Shown piece after piece: positions 28,880-38,200 of a stretch of 64,000 bases of DNA. The first letter of the stretch is position 1; the number at the start of each line of letters is the position of its first letter. The stretch is from a virus (Duplodnaviria > Caudoviricetes). The position numbers were made by a program, and so were the translations under genes. The DNA lies in the IMG/VR virus record IMGVR_UViG_3300035498_000877, positions 160,001 through 224,000 of that record, one strand, 5' to 3'. The notes under the pieces are model-generated. The model was not told the DNA's origin. It saw only the letters and a program-made list of their open reading frames with translations, and searched no databases.

Positions 28880-31192
28880 ATGAAATTAATCAAAAACATT
28901 AAAGACTGGAGCAAAGATAAATTATATAAAAATATATTAACTCCAGTTGATGATTTGATAGATCAAAATTTAAATGATATATCAACCACCATTGGATCAT
29001 TTGTAATAAGATCTGTTAGGGGAAAATTTCAACGTTCTATTACTATTCCAATTGGAGGTCAAAATTCATATAATAAATGGATGGAAGATGCATTGTATGA
29101 AATATTATATGAATGGAATAATATTAAAAGTGCTAGTAGATTAGAATTATCTGCAGGTAGTAGAGCAAGAGATAAAGATGTAATATACTATAGACTTGAT
29201 GATGGAACTCATAATTTGAAGTATAGAAATTTTAATATACTTCTGCATATTCAATCATCAACAGTATCTGTGACAAATATGAGATCTTCAACAATGAAAA
29301 TCTATACTATTATCACATATGATTTATCACCTGATTTTGTTGTTAAATTTGAGAATGATATGCTCAAACATCGAAATTCATTATTGAAAATAAATAAAGA
29401 TCTTCCAACAGTAAATCTATATCAAGATTATCATGAGTCAGATGGTTATACGTATTGGGAATCATGTGGTAAGATTAGTAAGAGAAGACTTGGCACAATA
29501 TATTTGCCATATGATCAAAAGAAACAGATTGTTGATACCGTAAATGAATTCGTTTGTAATAAAGAATATTACCGCAAACATGGTATTGTTCATAATTTAA
29601 AAATTCTTTTATATGGGGAGCCGGGTCCACAACCAGTTTCTGAGATAATTCCAACTCCAGATGGTATGAGAATATTTGGTGATATAATGCCAGGTGATAT
29701 GGTATTTGGACCTGATGGAAATCCTACTGAAGTAGAAGAAGTTTATGAATATACACATTTGGATGTGTATACTGTTCTATTAGGTGATGGACGTAGGATT
29801 AGATGTGCTGGTGAGCATAAATGGCCAATAATAACAAATGATGGTAATATCATTGAGAAAAGCGTAGATGAATTACATGCAGAAAGATTGTATGATGAAT
29901 CAAGCAATCCAAGATTCTATATGCCTTTAGGTAAAGCTGCCCAATATCCAGAAAAAGAATTACCTGTAGATCCATGGGTACTCGGCGTTATTCTAGGATG
30001 TTGCAACTTTAGTAATCCGGATCAATTATCAATAAATACACAGCATGAGCAAATCGCAAATGCAGTTGCATTTATATTAGAGCTTGATGTTAAATCATTT
30101 GGTGATGATACTTGGTATTTCTATAATAAAGATGGATCAGCAGTAAGTACAAAAGAGTTCTTCTCAAATATACCAGAAATATATCAACTTTATGATGGCA
30201 ATGATCATTTTGATCAAATAGAGTATAATATATTTATTCCTGATTATTATATATTCAATTCAAAGATTAATAGATTACAATTAATTAGAGGATTGATGGA
30301 TGCAAGAGGCAAATTTAATGAAATTACAAATCCAAATGTAAATCCGAAGAATCATCTTATATTCTATTCAACTTCAAAGAAATTATGTTCACAAGTAACA
30401 TTTATTATTAGAAGCCTAGGATATATGTGTAAAGATAATGAATACTCAACCATTATTTGTTGGAATGGAGATAAGTATTTATTCTATCAAGAATTAAAAG
30501 AAGATGATAAGAATTATGAAGAAGAATCTGTTAGATCAATAGCTATTATAGATATCATAGAGATGTTTTATAAAGAAAATATGCATTGCCTCCATGTAAA
30601 GAATGATAAGCATATGTATCAAACTACAGATTTTGCTGTAACATTTAATACCGGCAAAGATAGCATAGCTAAAATGATTGCTTCAGAATGGAATAGGGAA
30701 ATCTACTATATCAAAGGCGGCAAAGATGGTAGGTTTATACCACATGCTTTAACTGATGTTGATGATAATATCAGGTATCCTTTGTATTTGATTTCTGATA
30801 TTGATAAGTATCCATATCTTATCAATGAACCAGATATAAATATTACTGATGGAGAAGCAAAGGAAGATGCAATAAAACAGAAACAATTATTTGGTGAAAT
30901 GATTAATGCACTTGATGGAGTATTATCTAATGAAGATGCTATTATAATAATGACAACAAATCATATTGAGAAGTTTTCTGATACTTTCCTGAGACCAGGA
31001 AGAGTTGATCTTAAAATGTATATTTCATATGTCACTCCAGAGGTATTCAGAAAATATGTATTTGATTTTTATCATGTAGAATTACCAAAAGATATTAAAA
31101 TCAAAGATAAGATAACGGTTGCTATGATGCAATTTGATGTTGTATTTATGAAATTACCTGTAGATGAATTTGTAAAGAAATATACTCTATAA
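28880..31192 (+). CDS. BCS1-like AAA+ ATPase containing an intein
   Basis: After removing the intein: LLYGEPG|TGKD, INALDGV, IIIMTTNHIEK and LRPGRVD. Confidence 0.85.
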   Translation: MKLIKNIKDWSKDKLYKNILTPVDDLIDQNLNDISTTIGSFVIRSVRGKFQRSITIPIGGQNSYNKWMEDALYEILYEWNNIKSASRLELSAGSRARDKDVIYYRLDDGTHNLKYRNFNILLHIQSSTVSVTNMRSSTMKIYTIITYDLSPDFVVKFENDMLKHRNSLLKINKDLPTVNLYQDYHESDGYTYWESCGKISKRRLGTIYLPYDQKKQIVDTVNEFVCNKEYYRKHGIVHNLKILLYGEPGPQPVSEIIPTPDGMRIFGDIMPGDMVFGPDGNPTEVEEVYEYTHLDVYTVLLGDGRRIRCAGEHKWPIITNDGNIIEKSVDELHAERLYDESSNPRFYMPLGKAAQYPEKELPVDPWVLGVILGCCNFSNPDQLSINTQHEQIANAVAFILELDVKSFGDDTWYFYNKDGSAVSTKEFFSNIPEIYQLYDGNDHFDQIEYNIFIPDYYIFNSKINRLQLIRGLMDARGKFNEITNPNVNPKNHLIFYSTSKKLCSQVTFIIRSLGYMCKDNEYSTIICWNGDKYLFYQELKEDDKNYEEESVRSIAIIDIIEMFYKENMHCLHVKNDKHMYQTTDFAVTFNTGKDSIAKMIASEWNREIYYIKGGKDGRFIPHALTDVDDNIRYPLYLISDIDKYPYLINEPDINITDGEAKEDAIKQKQLFGEMINALDGVLSNEDAIIIMTTNHIEKFSDTFLRPGRVDLKMYISYVTPEVFRKYVFDFYHVELPKDIKIKDKITVAMMQFDVVFMKLPVDEFVKKYTL
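29627..30649 (+). mobile_element. class-3-type intein (341 aa) with a degenerate LAGLIDADG endonuclease
   Basis: Starts PQPVSEIIPTPDG; block B CAGEHKW; block F MHCLHV; ends AVTFN|T; LAGLIDADG remnants PWVLGVILGCC and LIRGLMDARG. Confidence 0.9.
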
Positions 31193-31255
31193 CAAACAAT
31201 ATAGTAGTGGGGTTTATCCTCACTACTATAATTCTTTTAATAGGAGGGACTAAAA

Positions 31256-31834
31256 ATGAAACTATTCTCTGATAAATTGAGGGAAGCTGGTATTAGTTCA
31301 TTTTCTTCATTTGAAGATCTATTTAATATAACAAATAATATTATTAACTCAAATGTGACTCATCTAATTCCAGTATGTGATCCAAGTGATAGTATGTCAT
31401 ACATGAGATATGATGAGATGGCTACTATAAGTCAATATAGTACTATAGAATTCATTCAAGCTGTGTATGTTGAGATCAGAATTGATTCTGACAGTATGTA
31501 TATGAAATTTAATCGTTCATGTATCAATCCTTTGAATAATGGAATCAATGCTAAGATATATCCAATATTCTCTATCAATTTCACAGATGCCGATCTTGGT
31601 AATAAGAAATCAGTATCTATGTTTGATGGTGGTAATGATTATTTGATCAGTCTACTAAAATATGATGTAGAAGGTAGAGCTGTTATATGCGATGCTATTC
31701 ATATTGATAAGAAAGATCAATTATCAATATTAGCAGCAACAGAATTAAGACTATCCAATCCTGAACGATATAATATGTTTGGGGTTGAAGAAATATTTGA
31801 TTCTCTTGGGATATCATTTAGACTATCAAATTAG
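31256..31834 (+). CDS. hypothetical protein (192 aa)
   Basis: RBS AGGAGGG; followed by a terminator. Confidence 0.8.
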   Translation: MKLFSDKLREAGISSFSSFEDLFNITNNIINSNVTHLIPVCDPSDSMSYMRYDEMATISQYSTIEFIQAVYVEIRIDSDSMYMKFNRSCINPLNNGINAKIYPIFSINFTDADLGNKKSVSMFDGGNDYLISLLKYDVEGRAVICDAIHIDKKDQLSILAATELRLSNPERYNMFGVEEIFDSLGISFRLSN

Positions 31835-31856
31835 GAGGGAATAATTCCCTTCTAAT

Positions 31857-31987
31857 TTTTTATCGCATATTATATCAGATTAATGATATATTCTAATAGT
31901 GTAATAAGATAAGAGTAAGTTATCATTATTACATAAAAACTGAATATAGTATATTAATTATCTAAGGAGGATTTAATCATGAGTAAT
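31857..31987 (+). repeat. promoter-leader-RBS cassette, copy B
   Basis: Near-identical inverted copy of 19901-20031; ends ...TCTAAGGAGGATTTAATCATGAGTAAT. Confidence 0.95.
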
Positions 31988-32302
31988 AAGTATGATGTTA
32001 AAAGAGGAGCAAAATCAGCAATGGAGAATAAGATCATTAATCTTAAAGATGAATGTAAACCTATCATTGATGAGCTAAAAAAGGAAATGAATATAATTGA
32101 TGTCATTTCCAATTTGACACCGGAACAGCTTAAGGCAATGCAGACAGCAATTAAGCTTGCAAAGAAAACATCTGATGATGCTATTGATCTTATCGCTGAG
32201 TTAGAGTGGAGAATCCAGGAGATTGACGAAACACACGAAATGGTACAAGAAATCAAAGAGCAGAATGAAGAAATATTAAGATTGCTCAGATCAAAAGAAT
32301 AA
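31979..32302 (+). CDS. small coiled-coil protein (107 aa)
   Basis: Heptad-rich ORF behind cassette B, followed by a terminator. Confidence 0.8.
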   Translation: MSNKYDVKRGAKSAMENKIINLKDECKPIIDELKKEMNIIDVISNLTPEQLKAMQTAIKLAKKTSDDAIDLIAELEWRIQEIDETHEMVQEIKEQNEEILRLLRSKE

Positions 32303-32336
32303 AAAATATTGGGAGATGAAAATCTCCCTTTATTTT

Positions 32337-32867
32337 TTATATGATTGATAATATTTTTATTACTGCAAATCCATAATTTTTTCCATCTAATTCAAATGGA
32401 AAATACTTCTTAATTGATACAGCCAAATTATTTGAATATTTAAATGTAATATAATTCAAATTATTCAACTCAGCTTTTCTCAATCTAACTGGAAACAAAT
32501 TCTTATTAATCATAATTTGATATGCTAATTCATCACTCAATTTGATTTCTATATTCTTCCCTTGATTAAATAGATCTGGATCTATATCAATCCAATTATC
32601 ATATGTATTCATGATATCAATTATCTTAAATAGATAATAATTTTCATCATTAATTGTAGCTTCTTTAATACTTCCCTTTAGTTCTTCATCATTCAATATT
32701 AGATTCCATAATTCAATATCTGGAATAATCACTACATTGTTAGATTTTTTATCTTTAGAAATTATATTCCTATTAACATAAATATAATTTGTAAGTGATG
32801 CTCTATGCATCACCTCTTTAAATATATTTAATGAATCATCAATGCTTTTGATTTTCTTTCCGGCCAT
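32337..32867 (-). CDS. hypothetical protein (176 aa)
   Basis: RBS AGGAGGG; overlaps the end of the HD-protein gene. Confidence 0.75.
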   Translation of the reverse strand: MAGKKIKSIDDSLNIFKEVMHRASLTNYIYVNRNIISKDKKSNNVVIIPDIELWNLILNDEELKGSIKEATINDENYYLFKIIDIMNTYDNWIDIDPDLFNQGKNIEIKLSDELAYQIMINKNLFPVRLRKAELNNLNYITFKYSNNLAVSIKKYFPFELDGKNYGFAVIKILSII

Positions 32868-33643
32868 GCCTTATTCCCTCCTAGGTCTTTAATACTTGAT
32901 ACCTCTGAAACTATTGGATTATCAACTTTCAGTCTATTAAAATAATATTGTACTGATTCTAATCCATATTTTTCTTCAGATTTTCCATTGCCTATTACAC
33001 GAGCTAAATATAATCCTAAACTATAATTTAGCTCCCTACCTGAAGATCCAAATACAACTTGATCAAGATCAACTCTTACTTCTGAATGTAAATGATTGAT
33101 CTTTAAATAATTGGATGATAATTTATCAGCTAATACAATTATATCGATCATACGTTGTAACTTTAATGGTAGTGTTTCATAAATAGGTATAATTGGGCAA
33201 GCATGAAAAGCAACTGGATAAATTATATAAGGATCTTCAATACCAAATTCTTTGTTCAAAAATATTGCCCCTGATAATGGATGATACTGAATTGATGTAT
33301 TAAAATAATCATCTAATTTAAATTTCTCAAGTGTATCAAGATTAGATCTTACATACCTAGTAGTATCTTGTGGAATAACATGACCTCTCCAGATAACTTG
33401 ATTTTCAAGTTTTGGATCTAAAGATTTTTCTTTAAGTATGTCATGTGCCAATGCACAGTATACAAGTTTCTTCCTGTCAAGATGAAAATGCATTCTATCA
33501 TTTAATAATAATGCATAATCTCTGACAAGTTGAATATGTTTCATTTTGTATTCCCATGTAGGAATATTTTTACAGATGAAATAATTCAAATCAAGTAATA
33601 ATGCTTGGTCTGGATCTAAATATCTAAATTTATTATTCATCAT
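32828..33643 (-). CDS. HD-domain phosphohydrolase, YqeK-like
   Basis: H(IQLV)...ALAHD(ILKE)...YHPLSGA...AFH...IIVLADK pattern. Confidence 0.75.
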   Translation of the reverse strand: MMNNKFRYLDPDQALLLDLNYFICKNIPTWEYKMKHIQLVRDYALLLNDRMHFHLDRKKLVYCALAHDILKEKSLDPKLENQVIWRGHVIPQDTTRYVRSNLDTLEKFKLDDYFNTSIQYHPLSGAIFLNKEFGIEDPYIIYPVAFHACPIIPIYETLPLKLQRMIDIIVLADKLSSNYLKINHLHSEVRVDLDQVVFGSSGRELNYSLGLYLARVIGNGKSEEKYGLESVQYYFNRLKVDNPIVSEVSSIKDLGGNKAWPERKSKALMIH

Positions 33644-33784
33644 AATTAGAACTCCTTTATTATTTATTTTTATATCTATATATAGAATATATAATTTAGA
33701 AGCGAAGTATATATTTTGATGATATATTATGTAATCAGTAATAAATATATACTATCATTTTTAAAGCAAGAAAGGAAAACCAAA

Positions 33785-34693
33785 ATGAAAAAGTACACAA
33801 CACGCAACTGTGACAGGAGAAATCCTTACACAAATGCAGTAACACCAAAACTATATCATCGCGGGAAAATCAATTATGGACGAAGAGCAATGTATTTATT
33901 ATTATTGCTAGTTATTATTTTGACATTATCAATTTCAGCTATAATTTATTCTAATCGAGAAGAAACACCAAATGAAGAAATTATAACTGAGAAAGCGATG
34001 GCAACAATTGAAGTCAGTGATATGTATAACTTCTGTGGAATTACAGGACTTGGCGGAACATATGGAACATCAAATGCACAAGGAGTATACCTTGATATGA
34101 CTTCACCGTTAGTACGAAAGAAACTAAGTAACACATATGACGTATCTACTATTAATATGCTAGTAGGTGCTGATACACTTAATCTTGGAACATCTATATT
34201 GACAAATCAAATATTGCCAACTAAATATTATGGTAATATAGATTTCTCATCATTCCAACCTTATATGTCATACAAAAAGATTACTTCTAAATCATCTCCA
34301 GCATATAAGATATCACATTCTGAAAATGCATATACAGATGAATATGGATTTAGAAGATATAAAACGAATTCAGAAAATCAAATTACAATTAATGAACAAG
34401 ATGATTATATTGTAGCAATGGGTACATTTTATAAAGAGAAAGGGACAGCAGGAGAACGATTTTTAGTAACGACAACAACAGGAGCATTTACAGTAATAAC
34501 TGGAGATGAAAAGGCTGATCAAGATACAGATTCAATGAATATGTTTACTACTCATAAAGGATCGGCAGCAATATTAGAATGGGTAGTAGATGAAGATAAA
34601 TTAGAATCAGAAGTAAAACAATCAGGTACAGTTACTAGTTCATCAATGGAAGCATTGCATGGAACTATAACTTCAATATATAAAATTAATTAA
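33785..34693 (+). CDS. membrane-anchored protein with a C-terminal 3D/DPBB-like domain (possibly cell-wall related)
   Basis: Likely start MKKYTT after AAAGGA; one TM helix; YIVAMGTFY...GERF...VITGDEKADQDTD. Confidence 0.55.
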   Translation: MKKYTTRNCDRRNPYTNAVTPKLYHRGKINYGRRAMYLLLLLVIILTLSISAIIYSNREETPNEEIITEKAMATIEVSDMYNFCGITGLGGTYGTSNAQGVYLDMTSPLVRKKLSNTYDVSTINMLVGADTLNLGTSILTNQILPTKYYGNIDFSSFQPYMSYKKITSKSSPAYKISHSENAYTDEYGFRRYKTNSENQITINEQDDYIVAMGTFYKEKGTAGERFLVTTTTGAFTVITGDEKADQDTDSMNMFTTHKGSAAILEWVVDEDKLESEVKQSGTVTSSSMEALHGTITSIYKIN

Positions 34694-34731
34694 GTAATAA
34701 ATAAGAAGAGAGGGAGAAGTCCCTCTCTTTA

Positions 34732-34822
34732 TTTTTTATCGCATATTTGATAATAATGATAATATATTTTAATAATGTAATAAAATAAAATAATATTTTA
34801 TATTAAGGAGGAAATATATATG
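34732..34822 (+). promoter_or_regulatory. degenerate third copy of the promoter cassette
   Basis: TTTTTTATCGCATATT...ATATATTTTAATAATGTAATAA...TAAGGAGG, directly after a terminator as in copies A and B. Confidence 0.65.
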
Positions 34823-34987
34823 ACAGTAAAAGAATATCGTGACTGGATGTATAATCCAGATAATCAACTTAACTGTGATGAATGCCCTGAAAATCTAGAT
34901 ACCACTAATTCACAGTGGAAATATCCATGTGGCCAACAAACATGTTGGGTCACTGTACATTGCAATAGAAAGGAGGAAGAATTATGA
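34820..34987 (+). CDS. 55-aa Cys-rich protein (not in the ORF track)
   Basis: MTVKEYRDWMYNPDNQLNCDECPEN...PCGQQTCWVTVHC...; RBS TAAGGAGG; ATGA overlap with the next gene. Confidence 0.8.
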   Translation: MTVKEYRDWMYNPDNQLNCDECPENLDTTNSQWKYPCGQQTCWVTVHCNRKEEEL

Positions 34988-35169
34988 TAGTAGATCTTAC
35001 AGATACGAGCTGGTGGTGGTTAGGTTATATTATATTCTTCATATTTATGATTGGATTATTCCGTGTAGGAATTATTCTAGATCGTGTTATCTGTGCTTTC
35101 ATCGATGCAGTCCAACAGGAACTTGCAGAGAGAAGAGCAGATAACAGTAATAAAAATAAGAGATGTTAG
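34984..35169 (+). CDS. small membrane protein (61 aa)
   Basis: WWWLGYIIFFIFMIGLF TM segment; RBS AAGGAGG. Confidence 0.7.
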   Translation: MIVDLTDTSWWWLGYIIFFIFMIGLFRVGIILDRVICAFIDAVQQELAERRADNSNKNKRC

Positions 35170-35245
35170 CATCTCTTATTTTTTTCTCATGATGATTTTC
35201 CACCACCTTCTAAATAATATTTTGAAGGGATAAGGCGGTGAAGAC

Positions 35246-38200
35246 ATGAGTGCTTCTATAAGTACAAAAAAGGAAAAGAGCTCTTCTATTACTAAGTTGG
35301 CTCCAATCGGATCCATGTTAAAAGAAGTAGGCATAGATTATATCAAAGAAGTTGCTCCGACTTCTTCATCTATAGCAGGGGAAGTAAATAGAGCTGGAAC
35401 AGAAGTTGCAAAAACAATAGCTATTACTAATAAAGATATTCAGCAAAAAGTTAAAAATTTTAAATTGCAAAATGTATATAAAAGTATACGAGGTTGGTTT
35501 GACAATGAACTTGATCAATATCGGGCTGCAGATGAAATGAATAATTTTGACGATTATAATTTTGATTTTGATGATGGAGAATCATCAAATTCAAATATAT
35601 CTATGGCTGAAGTTGAAGTTGATACAGCTACCCAAAATGCAAATAAAATATCTAGAGCTATAACTGAAACATCTTCTCATTTGATGGAAGCTCAAATAGC
35701 TTCTGTTGCAAATGTGAATACTGCTATTGATAATCAGACCAAAATTATTACAGCTGGTTTTGATAAATTAAATGGCAATGTTGAAAAGTTAATGGAGATC
35801 ATGACTACAAATACAGCTGCTACTATTGAATCAACTTTAGCTGCAGCTGTTGCAGCTACTGAATCTGAAAGCAAGAATATTGATGGAACAGATATGCTTT
35901 CAAATGGAAAATTCAATGCATCTGAATATGTCAAAATGGTTACCCAGAACATAGAAAATACTACACCAGTAATCATGTTTAATACATTTAAGAATTTGAT
36001 GAAAAATAATATGGTTGGTGTATCCGATGTATTATCTATGGGACTAAAAAAGGTAATGGATGAAACCAAGATTGGTAGTGGAATTCAAGAAGGCATTAAA
36101 GCATTAGATGAATCATTGAATGATACATTATTATCAGCAGCTGTAACTCTTGGTAATGATACTGGATATGGTATTGGGTCTCAATTTAAGAAATTATTTG
36201 GTATTGATACTTCTCGTAAAAATGTCAGTATGGTTAAAGAGCCATTGAAACTTCAATCAGTTGCTTGGGATTCAATATCTAAGGAAGCTTTAGTAAATAC
36301 TATTCCAGGATATTTAAGAAAAATTCTTAAAGCAGTAGGTGGAGAAGATGTTATCTATGATTATAAGGGCAGAGGATTCAAAACTGAAAAGCAAGTGCAG
36401 CAACAGTTTGATAGAATCGTAAATAGAACTGGTAATTTATATAGTGCCAGTGATAATATTAGGAAGGCATTTGGAAATTCTACAGATTCATTTACATTAA
36501 TGGCATATGATATGATGATAAATGATCTTGGAGAAAGATCAGGTAAGTATGGAAAATCAATGAATGATACTATCATGTCATTCAGTGATAAAAATAAAGC
36601 AGAAAATTATGTACTTAATGATCTATTCCAAGGACAATTAACTGAAGCTGATGCAGATAAAGCAAAGAAGTTTGCTGAGTCTCTTTCTAAGATGGAAAAA
36701 GGATATGGCTGGGAAGAGCTTCAAATGCAAGCTGCTAAGCAGAATGTAAATAGAAATAGAACTGTTGCTGAATATAAGAGAAATGCTAATTTATATAATC
36801 TCGATATGAGTGCAGTTAGTGATGATTTTAAAAATCAGCAACGATATATTCAAGATCAGTATAATATACTTCCAGAAAAATCTAAGATACAGAATGAATC
36901 TGCAACTATAGTTTCAGCAGATCTATTTACATCTGGAGTTGATTATACAAATAAAGCATTATATGAAATATTCAGAAGACTTGATACTGGTATAAATGTA
37001 TTTAAAGTTGGTGAATCAAATATTCAAACAGAAAAGTTTGAAGAATTTGGAGATGATAAATTACCACCTCCAAAGAATTATATCCCTAAACATCTAATAC
37101 CTAATACTTCAATTGGTACTACTGCATCAACAATTGCTGGTTCAATACCTCCAAGATCTGAAGAAGATAATCTTCTCAAAAATAATGTTGATGAAGAAAC
37201 TGGTGAAACTGAAAATCTTACAAGAGGTGAACGTTTTAAGAGATGGGCACATAAACGTGGTGGTGATTTCAAATCAGCTGTATTTGCTGGTGATAAAAAT
37301 CAAATAAGACAAGTAGTACGTGATACAGTTGGAGATATGTCTGATATTGCTACTGATTATGTTAAAAAAGGCGCTGGTAAAGTAAATGATGCTTTTGGTA
37401 ATGTATCAGGATATCTTAAACACAAGATGTTTGGTACAGGATATTCATATACATCCAGAGATGAAAATGGTAATCCTAAGACAGTTAATATTGGAAAGAA
37501 CGAAAAAGGTGGTATATTAGGATTTGTTACCGATAATATCAAAGAGTCATTTAGTAATATAAAAGCTAAAGGTTCTAAATGGTTGAATGATGTCAAAGGT
37601 TACTTTGATTATGGTCCCACTAATTCAAATGATCCAGAAGACAAGAAGATTGCCACCAAACGTAAAGCATTTATGGGAACAACTATCGGTGCAATGGCTG
37701 GCGGTGGAATATTGGGTGGTCCTATTGGAATGTTAATGGGAGCAATTGGCGGAGCAGCATTATCAGTTGGCGGAGTTGATATTAAGAGTAAACTATTTGG
37801 TATTGATAAAAAGACTGGCAAACCCACTGGATTTGTTTCCAAGATAGCTGATAAGATAGTTAGCCCATTTCAATATCAAATGGAAAAGACATTCAATTTC
37901 ATTGGCGGAAGTTTAAAGAAGAATCTTATTGGACCAATATCAGATATTGGATATACCATTAAACGAAAATTCGTTGATAAAGTTGAAGAGAAAGCTAAAG
38001 GATTTGGAGCATTTATTAAGCGAGAAGTCAAAGCTGGTATCAAAGGTATATTCGGACTGATATCGTTACCATTTAAAGGATTAAGTTTCTTGGGTAAAAA
38101 AGCTAAAGAAGGTATTGGTTCATTAGGTGAAAAGATATCTGGAGCAACAGAAGATTCAACATCAATAAAGGGTAAAGTTGCTAATAAGGTTGGTCAAGGA

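Noticed and set aside
34929-35144. 71-aa ORF from the track
   Set aside because: It overlaps two better-supported ORFs (34820-34987 and 34984-35169), both of which have strong RBSs.
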